Source: Antechinus flavipes (taxonomy: Eukaryota). From it: a DNA stretch of 64,000 bases. The position numbers were made by a program, and so were the translations under genes. Where the stretch lies: contig NC_067399.1 of assembly GCF_016432865.1 (NCBI RefSeq), positions 681,876,001 to 681,940,000 of the forward strand, given 5' to 3'. The notes under the pieces were generated by a model. The model saw nothing but the letters and a program-made list of their open reading frames with translations, searched no databases and had not been told where the DNA came from. Position 1 is the stretch's first letter; each line of letters opens with the position of its first letter. This document shows positions 12,790 to 25,750 of this stretch, one piece after another.

Positions 12790-15700
12790 TTTTCACATTT
12801 CTTTTTATTTTTTTAAATTATAAAATACGTTTCTTTTTAAATTGCAAATCCTCTCTCCTCTCCCACTGACTTCCACCCACTAAGATGACAAGTAAAGCAA
12901 TATCAATTATACATACAAAACATGCCAAACGTATCTCTATATTACCCATATCACAAAAAAAAAGTGAAAAAAAATCAATTTGCAATCAGAGATGGATAGA
13001 ATTTTTAAATTACGAGTACTTTGGAATAATTTTGGATCACTGTATTGATTAAAGAAGTAACAGATTCCACTATAACACTATTTTAAAATCCTGTGTGGAT
13101 CTCTTTCAAGTGTATTTCTTATAAATAACATTTTGTTAAATTCTAATTTCTTATGCATTCTACTATTTGATTCCATTTTGTGGGTGAACTCATCCCATTA
13201 CCATTCACAGTTATGACTATGACCTTTCCTTCCATTCTATTTTCTTCTCTTTTTTTTATTGTTTTGCTTCCTCAAAAATCTGTTTTACTTATGACCACTG
13301 ATCCCTTTGATCCAACCTCCCTTTTCTGCAAAAGATTTCAATAAAAGTCATTTTGCAAAAGAAAAGATTCCCTCCTCCCAAAAACCCTCAAAAATATAGC
13401 AAAAAAACAAAAGCTAAAAAAAGACTGCTTCAATGATTCAGGCACAATCAGTTCTTTATCTGGGTATGAGAGACTTATTGTATTAATGAGAATAGCAAAG
13501 TCACTCAGAAATAATCATCTCACAATTTTGTGTTACTTTGTACACCATACATTTCACTTCACATGAATTCATAGAAGTTTTTCAGTTATTCTGAGAGCAT
13601 CCTGTTCATCATTTCATACAGGAAAAATAGTATTCCATCTTAATCACATACCACAATTTATTCAGCCATTCCCTAATAGATGGCCATCCCCTCAATTTCC
13701 AATTCTTTGCAGTGAAAAAAGAGCTGCTATGAACATCTGGGTCTGTTTTCCTTTTAAAAAATCTCTTTTTGGATACATATCTAGTTGTGATATTTTTAGG
13801 TTAGAGGGTATATGTTATTTTATAGGTCTTTGGGCATAGTTCCAAATTGCTCTACAGAATGGTTCACAATTCTAATAATGCATTAGTGCCTCACTTTCAA
13901 CAATTGTTATTTTTCTTTTCTGACCCACTAGCCAATTTAATAATAGGTAGCACCTCAGAATTGTTTTAATTTTTATTTCTTCAATCAATAGTGATTTAGC
14001 ATTTTTATATAATATTTCTTAATAGCTTGATAACTTCATCTGAAAACTGTTCATATATCAATTAAGGAATGTCTTTTTAAATAAATTTGACTCAGTTCCT
14101 TATATGAGGCCTTCATCAGAGAAATTTGCTTTTAAATTATTTTTTATAATTGCTGCTTAGTATATCCCCTTATTTTATTTTATTCTATTCTACTCTATTC
14201 TCTCTCTCCTTCCACCCAGTTCCTTTTCAAAAGTCTCTTGTTTCCATTACCATCCCCCAATATGCACGCCCTTCTATCATCCTTCCCCAATCCTTGTGTC
14301 CCCCAGCCTCCTAATTTCTTGCAGGAGTATGTATATTATTCCTTATTTAAGGTAATTCTGATTAAGAGTTCACTTTTCCTTCCCTTCTCCTGTGATTCCC
14401 TTTTCCTGTGGAATTTTTTGGGTTTTTTTTGCCTCTTTTATGACAATTTATGCCATTTTATCTCTTCTATTCCCTCTCTCCCAGTACATTCCCTTCTCAT
14501 CCCTTGATTTTATTTTTAGATATTCCTCATATTCAACTCACATCTGTGATCTCTGTCTATATATAATCCTTCTAATAGCCCTAATAATGAGAAAGTTATT
14601 GTACAATATCCCCTCTAATACAGGAAATAAGCAGATTAACCTCTTTATTGAATCCCTTATGATTTCCCTTTCCTGATTACTTACTTTACACCTGAGTCCT
14701 TACTTGAAAGTCAATTTATTCAGCTTTGTTCTTTTCATCACAAATTCTTGAAAGTCCTCTATTTCACTGAATATCTACCTTTTTCATGAAAGATTATACT
14801 CAACTTTTACTGAGTAGATGATTCTTGGTTGTAATCCAAGCTTCATTGGTCTCTGGAATATGATATTCCAAGTCCTCCAATCCTTTAATGCAGAAGCTAT
14901 TACATTTTTTGTTATGCTGATTGTGATTGCACTATATTTCAATTATTTTTAGGTGCTTGAAATATTTTCTCTTTGACCTGCGAGTTCTGAAATTTGGCTA
15001 TAATATTCCTGGAAATTTTTATCTTGGAATTTCTTTTCAGATGGTGATTGGTGAATTTTTATTTCAATTTTACCTTCTGGTGCTAGAACTATCATGAAAG
15101 TTTTATAAGTTTTTTGATTGTCTCTTTCAGGTAGTCTATAAATTCTCTCTTCTAGATCTATTTTCCAAATCAGTTGTGTTTCCAATGAGTGTATTTCACA
15201 TTGTTTTCTATTTTTTCATTCTTTTGGTTTTGTGTTTTAGTGTTTGATTTCTCAGAAATTCCTTGGCCTCTATTTGTGTGATTCCAATTTTAATTTTTTC
15301 TCAGCTTTTGTACCTCCTTTTTCAGTTGGCCAATTTTGTTTGTGAAGACATTCTTTTCCTTATTGGCTTTTTGTTCTTTTAACATCACTCTCATTTCTCT
15401 TCCCATTTTTCTCTCTCTTTTACTTGGTTTTCAAAATCCTCAAAAACCAATTTTTATTTTCCTTGGAGGCTTTGGATATAGAAGCTTCAACTTGGTTTTC
15501 TTCTGAGTATGTGTTTTGATCTTGTCACCGAAGCCGCTTTCTATGGTCAGAATCTTTTTCTGCTATTTGCTCTTTTACCCAGCTTATTACTTATTAACTC
15601 TTTGTTAAAGAAGAACCCTTTCTAATGCAATGTCCTAAACTTCAGGGATTTTGTGCATGACCTCAAGCACTCTTTTCTGCCCTGAAAATGTGAGGGATGT

Positions 15701-17050
15701 TCCTGATCTACTCTGGCTGTATTCCCTAGTAAACAAGTGCTTATTCTCATCCTGGGACAGTGAACCAGGACTGCATTCCAGGTCGGAGTGTGGGCACAAG
15801 CAGTCCTGCCTCAGAGCTAGCAACGAGATCCCTGTAATCTCCCTCTGACCCAGACCCTTTCCTGTCTGTGGCTGAAACCTCTGGAAGCCGCTGCCTCTGC
15901 CATGGTTGCCATCACCTCCAAAGACCTGCTTGTGATTTGCTGGGGCTCCTATCTCCCCCAATAGGGCAAACCTTTCCTGCCAAATTTCCAAATCATCTTT
16001 AGTGTCCATGGGCTGCCACTGATTTAGAGGCCCAAAGGCCTTCTCCTGGTTTTCTGAGTCAGACTTTCCTGCTGATCCTCCAAGTTGTCTCAGGCTGGAA
16101 CATCGTTCCACTCCATCTTTTTGTGGGTTCTGATGCTCTAAAATTTGTTTTCAGTCATTATTTAAAGATATTCAGAAGGGGAGAGCATAGGTGAGCCCCT
16201 GCCTTTACTCACACATCTCCGCTCTCCCTCCCAATTACTATGATTTTTGTTGAGGTTTTACTTGTAGCTATTTTCACATTCTCTTCTGATATTATGTCTT
16301 GGTTTTCTCTGCCTTAAGAGTAGCTTATTGTCAAATTCTCTCCTCTCTGTTCTTCCACCCCAGTGCTTTGTTCATTTTTTCTAACTTCTTGATTTTGAAT
16401 TTCATGATAAAAATCGGGCTCCATTTACCTGGAGTCAGGAGGCTCTATCCCAAACTTCGGGCTTTTTCATGCTAACTTTTTTTCTAGAGCTAGTTCTGGG
16501 AAACTACACATTTTCATACATTTCACAGTGGGGTGGTCCAGGAAAAGGTGTGTCCACCGCTCTCTGTACTCTGGTCTGTAGCCAGGACGGGACCTTTTCC
16601 TCCTACAGCCAGAAGTGATAGCTCCTTTCTTTGCCTAAGAACTGTAACCAGGTATCTTGCTTCCTTCTGACCAACCCTAAGGGCTCTTATCTTCCCTATA
16701 TCGCTGACCCAGATTTGTGTGGACAAGAAAGATACCAATTTATTCTAACTGTATCAGTGCCAGAAAAGCACTAGGTCATCTCCTCCTGAGCCAACATCTT
16801 CCTACCTTATCTTCAGGCTGAGAGCTACCACAGGTACTCTGGTCACTGTCATGATCACACTGAAGACGCCCTATTCTGTGAGTGCCCTGGATGGCCCTGC
16901 CCTTGTGTGACAGATCACTCCCACTAACCTCTTAAGTTGTTCTAAGGGGGAAAATTTCTTAGTCTGACCTTTTGATGGCTCTGCTGCTTCAAAATTTGAT
17001 TTCATCATTTATTTTAAAGAACTGTGGATGAGAATATTGGGAGAATTTAA
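12790..17050 (-). mobile_element. Old L1-derived element(s): 3'UTR, short ORF2 tail, inter-ORF, ORF1 and 5'UTR-like segments, most of ORF2 absent
   Basis: Reverse 3'UTR from 12790; ORF2 tail ~13500-14150; ORF1-like peptide IYRLPER...KIEIKIHQSPSEK (14949-15185); 5'UTR-like GC-richer sequence 15600-16190 and 16400-17050. Confidence 0.7.
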
Positions 17051-17139
17051 CTCAGTAGTTTCCTGTACTCCATCAATTTGGCTCCATGCCCCTGTTCTTT
17101 ACATAACAAAATGCTCTTTTAAAAAAATTCTCTGTCTTT

Positions 17140-18480
17140 AAAATATATTTTGGTTAACTATTTCCCAATTACATGCAAAAAACCCCAGCATTTTTCAAAA
17201 ATTGAGTTCCAAATTATCTTTCTCCTTTTTGTCTCTCTACCACCTCTTGAGAAGGCAAGCAATATGATATCAATTATATGTATATGAGAAATTCTATAAA
17301 ATATATGTCTATATTGCCCATGTTGCAAAAACAAACAAAACAGAACCTCACACAATCGAGGGAAAAAATTAAGATATCCTTCACTTTGCACCCAGAGTTC
17401 ATCAGTCTTCTCAGGAAATAGATAGTATTTTCACCATAGGTTCTTTCAAAGTGTCTTGGATCCCGGACAAGATAAATTTCCTTGATCCAAGTAAGGAAAT
17501 CTTTCCCAGTTGATCATCATTAGAATATTGCTGTTTCCATGGATAATGTTCATTTGGATCTGCTCATTTTATTTTGTTTAAGTTCATATAAAATTTCTTA
17601 GGTTTTTCTGAAACCTCTTGCTCATTTCTTATAGCACAAAAGAGTATTCCATTACTTTCATATACCCCGACTTGTTCCTCTACTCAGTTTCTAATGCTTT
17701 GCCACCACAAAAGAAGATTATATATTTTTATACAAATAAGTCCTTTCCTCCTTTTAATTGTTTTTCCTTTGCAATACAACCCAGGGCTTGAATTGCTGAG
17801 TTTAAGGGTTACACAGTTTTTAACAGACCTTGTTCCAAATTCTTCTATAGAATTGTTTGATAAATTCACACCTCTACCAACAGTGTATTACTGTTCCTAT
17901 TTCCCCACACCTCCTCCAGCATTTATCTTTTCTTTTTTTATTATGTTAGCCAATCTGCTAGGTGTGAGATCACAGAATTGTTTTAATTTACATTTTTCTA
18001 ATCAAAAGTGACTTGGATTATTTATTCATGCAACTATAGATAAATTTAGTTTCTTCTTCTGAAAATTGCCAATTGTTTTTTTTTATAAAACTTGCTCAAT
18101 TCGCTCTATTATTTAAGAGATGAGGACTTTATCGGAAAAAAAATTCTATAATTTTTCCATTTCCTGATTTACTTTTAATTTCAGTGGCATTGGTTTTATT
18201 TGTGCACAAATTAACCATTTTACTTTCTGTGATCCTCTTTTCTTATTATATAAATCCTTCCTTGGTCCAATTGATATGACAGGTACATTTTTCTGTGAGC
18301 TCCTAATTCACTTAAGATATTGTCCTTTATGTCTAAATCATTCATTCATTTTGATCTTATCATGGTATATAGTAAGAAAAGTTGGTCCCTGCTTCTAAGT
18401 TATAATAAAAAAGGGATATTAAAAGAGAAATTTCTGGATTGTATGTAAGTAAATAAACTACTGTTTTCAGTTACCATACT
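17140..18480 (-). mobile_element. Old L1 3' fragment
   Basis: Reverse 3'UTR and ORF2-tail motifs similar to those at 9.9-11.4 kb and 12.8-14.1 kb. Confidence 0.7.
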
Positions 18481-20234
18481 TAACTTGCCAATTCCATTTA
18501 TGTTTAGGTTTGGAAAGTGCTTGACATAGAACATCTTAATTTTCACAATTATGTCACCCAACTGCTAGAAGTTAGTTAAACAGATGAGAAACTTAGATTT
18601 AGAAAACAAATTATATATCCAGTGTCACATAGTCAGGAATTGAGTAATGATTTGCATTAAAATCTTAAGAGGCAATTTTGATACTCTGACCACTATATCA
18701 AATCCCCCTAATGCAGATTTAAAAAAAAGGTATACTAGCAACAAGTTGTCCTTTTCTTAAAATATTTTTAAAGACATCTCCCAGACAACAGTTCATTGAT
18801 TTCAATTTACTTTTAATTATTCAATGTGTTTAAAGGCAATCGAGGTCTAATGAGTCAGGACAAATGGCTTCAATCCTTGGCTTTGCCATTTCCCTGTTGC
18901 ACGACCTTGAATAAGTCACTTTTAACTTAATTTTGAAAAATTGATCTTATCTTTGAAAAATTGATGCACAGCATTAATATCAAGTCATCCTATTCCTAAA
19001 GTTTTGATTTAAACCTTTTAAAATATTCTATTAATTTTCTATTCTAATGTTTTTCCCAAGAATTTTGTAGACTAATCCAATTTTCTTCCTGAATTAATAA
19101 GTGCTAATTGCTGTTGTATCCCAGGGCTGTCTTAGGAATTTATGGTCCTTATCACAGACTTTTGCTTCATAAGTAGAGGTTTCAAATCTCTTTCCCCAGG
19201 GACACATTCCTTCCTACATTTCTACGGTGCCAAGTGGACAGTTGTAAAGCAAAGAACACCGCCCACTTACTTCTGCTGCCTGGAGCACATCCCCAGTCAA
19301 ACTCTAGCTAACATAAGAACATTTGTTTTTTTTTATCTCTGGAACTATTTTTAATCCACAGCAGGGTCAACAGTGAACTGCATGGGCACAATAGCCTCTT
19401 GCAAAGCCTCTAATTAACTCTCTCTAGCAGAAAGGAGAAAGGGAACTGGTGCTTTTGTTTCTCATTTCTTCCTTCTCTCATTTTTTTCTTACTGGCTACA
19501 ATCCACCTATGTCCAGTGCAGCCCAGCCAATGGATGAGATTTCACCATACAGAGTTGGCTTCTGTCACTTTGAAGCTTACAAACTTAATCAGAAATCATC
19601 AAGACAAAAAAAGAGAACAAGAGTGGGATGTGATTCTGTTTAAGGGAATCATCTTTGCTGGGATATGGGTTCAGTTTCCAAAGGGGGGATAGAATGCCCA
19701 CCCAGCATTATCTGCTTTTGACTAGCAGGCATTGATGATGGAGTATGGCAGCTGAAGAAGGGGATCACAGTTCTGGGTGCTACAAAAACCCTATAAAATC
19801 AGCCAGTCCGATCCATGCACTTTTTAGATAAGAAACCTCAGGCTGAGGAGAGTCAGGGATGGCTTTAGCCGGCACGGGCCTGAGGCAGAACCTGTTTCCT
19901 AAAGAAGTCCCGTGGGACCCAAATCATTGTTGTTTACAAGTCTTCAAATGTAGGGGCTTTTCACAGATAACTCAGATGGTCACAATCAAAAGAAACTTTG
20001 AAGTCTCTAGTCTAAAATTTCCTTCAACGGGCCTGCCCATGACCTCCCTTTAAAACACTGGAAACTAAAGATGATCTGACATCTTGTTAGAGACCATCAT
20101 GAAGGGAAGGCTTCCTTCATGGCTGCCATTTTCCTCTATTAGACTAGTATCCTTATCAGACAATATATTTGCTTGATTGTCACTTTAAATTCATGGAGGA
20201 AACAAGACGTGAGGGGTATCTTTATTCAAGAAAA

Positions 20235-20460
20235 GCTATTGCATCGAAGAAGGAACAGGCTTGTTCTCTTAGATCAGAGATGGCAAAATCAGAAGCCATA
20301 GGCTGAAGATTCGAAGAGAAGGATTCAAACTTGACTTTGACAATGATCTCCTAATGGGAAGAGCTATTAGAAAATGGAAAACCTCGTCTCTTAAAGAAGT
20401 GGTTCCCCCTTCCTTGGAGGTCTTCAAGCCAAAGTGGGACGACCTTTATCCTCTCTACCT
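20235..20460 (+). mobile_element. CR1/L3 LINE 3' fragment
   Basis: cccccttccttggaggtcttcaag motif typical of CR1/L3 3' ends. Confidence 0.55.
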
Positions 20461-20569
20461 CTTGAATTTTATTGGTTTGGGAAATAACTATCTCACAGCT
20501 GTCTCTGCTCATCGGTTTTGGTTTTATTCCCTGGTACAAAGCAGAACAGATCTCATCCCTTCTTCATAC

Positions 20570-20780
20570 AGTTTCTACCATGTGTTAGAGCACCATGCCA
20601 GAGACTAAAAAATGTCATTTAATCCTCACAACACTTCTGGGAGGTAGATGATATTACCCCCATTTTGCATTTAAGGAGACCAACAGACTGACTGAATACC
20701 TTGACCAGGTAACACAGATTAAGTGTTTGAAGCCTATTTTGAATTAAGCACTCTATCCAATACACTAATCTAGACACTTG
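20570..20780 (-). mobile_element. MIR/CORE-SINE
   Basis: atcctcacaacac...attacccccattttgcatttaaggagac reverse core. Confidence 0.65.
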
Positions 20781-21424
20781 CCCACAACAAGGCGTTACTT
20801 AATGAACCAGCTATTCATCCCCATTAATAATAATGTGATCATCCTCATGTTATTTTGGAAAATGTCCCCTTTGGCTTCTGATTTTTGCATGTACTCCTTC
20901 ACAATCATGTACAATTCAGGGTGTGGGCCCCTTTTGCTATGTCTAAAATATGGAAGAGAGCGCAGACTATGAAATTCAAGGAGTGACCGGACCAGGGCAG
21001 AGCCCAGCGAGCCTCCCTCATTTGGGACGCTGGGCAAGCCAATACAGACCCCTTGTCGGGCTGCCACCGAACCCCGAACCCCCAGCCATGTTCCTTTTGG
21101 TCCAGAGGGCAACTAGTTCCCACATGCAACTGACTGCCTGGTCATCGAGTTCACACCTCTTCTTGTTCATGAGATAACATGAGAAATCTGTCAGGTTTTT
21201 CCACCTGTCCCGATGGTAGGAGAGAGTGGGGGGGGGGGCATGAACAAGTCTCCAAAAGGACCTCAAGCCTCCATTCGGAGAGACTGAAGCTCGGGGGCGG
21301 GGGGAGATGCAGTAAGGTTTTCATCTACAATGTGCTTCAAAGGGTTTAAAGACCCTTCTTCACAATCCCCCCGGGGCACTAGATCAGTATTAAATACTTC
21401 TGTTTTCTTTTTGCAGAAACTAGA

Positions 21425-21917
21425 GAAAGAGAGGGGGAGGGAGGGATGGAGAGAAAGACAAAGACAGAGACAGAGACAAAGGTTTGGGGGGCTTGTGTCA
21501 GTGCCAGGAGCTAAACCCAGAATCACTACCCTGATTCTCCCATCACAATATGCACCTAAAGGAAGGGTAGAGGAGAGAGAGAGAGAAAGAGACAGAGAAG
21601 GAAACGGAGTAAAAACAGAGAGGGAGAGAGGGAGGGAGGGAGAAAGAAAAGGAAGGAAAGGGAAGGAAAGGGAGGGACAGAGAGGGGAAGGGAGGGAGGG
21701 AGGGGGAGAGAGAGGGAAAGAGAGAAGGAGGAGAGAGAGGGAAAGGGAGAGAGAGAGAGGGGAAGGAAGAGAGAGAGGGAAAAGGAGGAGAGAGGGGAAG
21801 GGAGGGAGGGGGAAAGTGGGGTAGGGAGGGGGAAGGAAGGAGGGAAGATTAGAGACAAAAGGGAAAAGACGGAGAGTAAATGAGACAGAAAGAAACAAAG
21901 GAGACAGGGAAGGACAG
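21425..21917. repeat. GA-rich polypurine low-complexity tract running into an assembly gap
   Basis: Nearly all purines on the + strand (gagagagg/gggaagg motifs). Confidence 0.9.
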
Positions 21918-22090
21918 NNNNNNNNNNNNNNNNNNNNNNNNNNNNNNNNNNNNNNNNNNNNNNNNNNNNNNNNNNNNNNNNNNNNNNNNNNNNNNNNNNN
22001 NNNNNNNNNNNNNNNNNNNNNNNNNNNNNNNNNNNNNNNNNNNNNNNNNNNNNNNNNNNNNNNNNNNNNNNNNNNNNNNNNNNNNNNNNN
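21918..22090. other. Assembly gap (173 N)
   Basis: N run. Confidence 1.
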
Positions 22091-23159
22091 GACCTACTGA
22101 TACATTAGGGCTAACAACCTAAGAGCTGGAGGCTAGTCCAACCAAGTTGAACCAAGAGTGGTCAGACATTAAAGACAGCATGAAATCGATATCAAAGAAG
22201 TACAAGGAGGGGAGGGCGTCCAGAAGAGGATGGTCAAGAACCGCAGAGGGAGGAGTACTGAAGCAGAACCAGAGCAGCCCATTTGATCCGACACCTGAGC
22301 CCAACGTGCTCCCTGTGCACTGACTCTGGTGCTCACTTAGGGACTTTCTGAAACCTGCTTCCAAACAGGGAAAAGGGAGCACACAATGCGATCCTGGGGC
22401 CCGGGGAGCAACTTCGCAGACCCTCGGGAACTGGGTCCAGGAATCAGTGTTAATTACTTGACAGTAAAAGACAAACAATCCGTCAATCTTCAGTTGTTTC
22501 TCCACAGCGGCGTATGTGGCAGAACCTCGGAGCCATCGAGGGCCACTCGGACGGACAGGGTCCGAATGGACCCCTTCTCCATCTCCTCCCAGGACTCAGA
22601 GGCCCCTGGGAACACCGCCCCCAGGGCACGAAGGCAGCATCCGCCCGCCTTCCCAAAGGCAAAAGGAAAGAAGAGAGGAATATTAGCAGAGTCTCTGGTT
22701 GCTTTTCAGAAGAGGGAGGGAGGGCCCTGCTGAGAGCCAGGGGTGGCACCCCATGGCAGATGAGAACAGGGAGGAGGCAGCCTGCCATCCTGGCACCCCC
22801 ACCAAGGGCTGACGTCAGCACACAGCGAGAGAAGGCAAGGACCCTGTGCCCCCCGTCGGGGCCCAGAGACGCAGACACAGGCTCCCAGAATGGGCTCTAA
22901 TGGCGGACAGGGACAAGGAGCGGTGGGTGCTTGTGCTGTGTCCCGCCAGAGGAAGAGCCCACATGGCAAGATCAAGGCTCAGTGGCTTCTCAGAGGCAAA
23001 GGAGCTCTTTGGAAGAGTCACCCGTGATAGATCCTTCCCCCAAAGAGAGAAACCCCTATGTAGGAAGCTTTATGTATTGTTACTCAGTGATTTTCAGCTG
23101 TTTCTAGCCTTCTCTGACTTGGCAAAGGCGCTGGAGCAGTTCGCCGTTTCCTTCTGCAG

Positions 23160-23305
23160 TTTGTTTTACAGATGAGGAAACTGAGGAAGACAGGGTGCAG
23201 TGACCTACCCAGGGTCACACAGTGAGTAAACATCTGAAAGGGGATTTGAACTCAGGGCATCCCGACTCCAGGCCGTGGCTCTATCCAAAGAACCATCTAG
23301 CTCCT
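23160..23305 (-). mobile_element. MIR/CORE-SINE
   Basis: ttttacagatgaggaaactgagg...cccagggtcacacag...gatttgaactcagg. Confidence 0.85.
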
Positions 23306-23991
23306 CAGATATAAAAAAAGGAAATGCCACCTGGCTATATCGTGGTCCATTCAAACGAGCTTTGGCCCATAACGGCTGCAGGCGAGGGCATGAACTAGTC
23401 ACCGCCGAGCCTTTCCCAAGGGTCTTTGTTTACAGCAGGTTAATCCATGTTCCAAATGCCTTCCTCTCTAACACACGTGTGCTTCTGGTCCCTTCAAGCC
23501 CTTTGTGAATCGCTGGAGTAGCCTCTCATGTTTCTTGAATGGGCTGATTCCCAGACTTTATCTTGGGAAAGGGGAGGCAAAGCTTCCCATGCTGGACCTC
23601 GGAAACAGATGGACAAAGTCACCACTTGTTACCTAAGGGGGATTCCCTTTTCTGATTGACCATCTGCACTCTAACAAGAGGCGGAAACAAGCAATAGATA
23701 TCCATCCATATTGTAAGAGGCTCCTGGGAATCAAAGATGTCTTTGCAAATAGAGTTGTGCTAAAATATTTACACATAAAATGAAACTAGCAGATTTCAGC
23801 TCTACATGCATTTTGTGAGAAAATAAAATGAATCAGGAAGATTTGATGGCTTAACCACAAGGGAGAAGTTGTTTTTATCCACAAACTAGACTCCAAGCAG
23901 AATATTTTGAGGATGATGCATGTGATTGCACGAAGAGTTCTTAGGTAAAGATGGCTGCACCCCACGCCCAGGACATTAGCTGGATTTTCTC

Positions 23992-24088
23992 TCAAACTAG
24001 GCTCCAAGAAGAAGACTTTGAGTATGATGTGATAGTATGAAGAGTGTGCGCCTCTGACTGGTTCGAGTTCTCTGGTGATGGCGAGATA
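23992..24088 (-). CDS. Candidate terminal coding exon of hypothetical minus-strand gene (ISPSPENSNQSEAHTLHTITSYSKSSSWSLV*)
   Basis: Branch-like ctgac + gtcctttcag| acceptor; phase-2 entry matches exon 25683-25750; no homolog recognised; no nearby minus-strand polyA signal seen. Confidence 0.25.
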
Positions 24089-25682
24089 CTGAAAGGACCT
24101 AAGTCAGTCTTTCCCATCCTTAAAACGATCTATAGTTACCCTAAAGTCTTTCATTAGAGTGTTCAAACCAAGTCTAAGAAAAATGGCCCTTTAAGGAAAT
24201 CAAGTTTCCTTCCTACTGAGCTTCCAAGTCTCAGTGTTTGCACCTGGTGGAAGGGCCGTTGTGGGCCAAATAAAGCCAAACCTGCTACCTGAAAAACTGG
24301 GCCTAGGGGTCTAGAGGGAAATCGGAAAACTCCAGCTCTCCTGGCTCAGGCAACAGAACAAAATGAAGGAGAAGGGAAGCTGGAGTTGGGGCTTCTCAGA
24401 ACAAGAGCAATTCCTTCATTTCTCTTCTGTTTTGGGAAAAGGGGACAGAAAAAGGGAAGGTTCCAGTGCCCGTGGCTGGTCTGTACCTGCATCCTCTCTC
24501 ACTTCCTGGCACATAAAACCTCAAGCCTAAGAAAACTGGCAGGGGAAATGGTTGGTGCAAGTTGGTAAATCCCAAGAAGGGAACTGACGAGAACTGAGCT
24601 AGATCCTTGGTCACAGGGAGGAATCTGCAGTAGCCTCAGGTGCCCCAAGAGCATTAAGGGTCTGGGGAGACAGTATGAAGTTGGGGGGGCTGCAGGAGCT
24701 CAGGGAAGGGACTGGTCGGTTGGACTAAGATGGGGGTTCACTTCAACTCTGGATCATTAGAGGAAAATAGAACAATATGACTTTTTTTTTTTTTTTTACA
24801 AAACTTGCTTTGAAAAGATATATGCTGTGACCACTGATTAAGCTGTGTTTAAATGCTCTAAGATATATTTTCCTATAAAAGGGTTTAAACTTGTAATTTT
24901 GAATCTGGCCAAAAAGACGACATCTGGGATCTCAGAGCTGACACCTGTGACATCAGAATAGCTCACTCACATGTCTGTATCCCGTTAGGATTTTTAAATA
25001 TTTCCCCCCACATCAAACTTCGAGAGCAACTAGCATCACCCTCCGCTAAAAGAAGAAACGGAGGGTCCCAGGGAGAAGTCAAAGGACTCACTCGTGGTCA
25101 TTCAACTTCTAAGTCTCTGAGATAGGATCGTAATTCGTTCTCCTGACTCCAAGTCCAGCCTGTTCCTCATTATGACGAGAATTCAGGCATCTTTAATTTA
25201 GAACCATAAAGCACAGGGCATCAGAAAAAAATATAGTGATGAGCCCAATGACCGACACTGAAAACCAGGCAGAATGAAAGATTTCTGTTGCCTTCAGTAC
25301 GCTCTCTGGTTAGAATGGAAACCATTTAAATGAGCAGAGACAGACACAGCGACACACACACACACACAAACCACTTGGGACAGAACTCTGTAGATCGGAA
25401 GCTGGATTCAGAACTGTGAGAGGGGAAAAACACTGAAAGGCTTTACATCAGGCCCACCGTATTCCCAGTGTTTCTACAGTGTTCGCTGTCCCCAAAGCCC
25501 AGCTCTTCCTCTTAACAGAGAACATAGTGTGTCTTTTTGTAATCTCCGACTTGTTTCCTGCAATGCTATTTGCAAGGGAATCACAGGCCACAATCACAGA
25601 AGAATTAAAATCACCCAAAGAGAAATGAAGCGTGCGACTGACGCACGGAGAAAGTCAGCAAACTCCCGCAGAGAAGGCTCAC

Positions 25683-25750
25683 CCATCCCCTAGCGCCCGC
25701 CAGGCCCTGGAGCGGTTGAAGGATGCAGGACTAGTCCGCGCCTTTCTGGG
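25683..25750 (-). CDS. Candidate internal exon (PRKARTSPASFNRSRAWRALGD-G)
   Basis: Acceptor tctttcttgtcccttacgacag|, donor TGG|gtgagc; only the phase 0->2 frame is open. Confidence 0.3.

Noticed and set aside
21263-21898. 211-aa and 164-aa ORFs
   Set aside because: Products of the GA/TC low-complexity tract
22100-22325. Protein-like read LNQEWSDIKDSMKSISKKYKEG beside the gap
   Set aside because: No convincing donor or homolog; may be old LINE debris
24001-24103. In-frame TGA in a protein-like read (RLQEEDFEYDVIV*RVCASDWFEFSGDGEILKGP) suggesting selenocysteine
   Set aside because: Matches none of the known mammalian selenoprotein families, no SECIS seen, and the segment is explained as a duplicate copy
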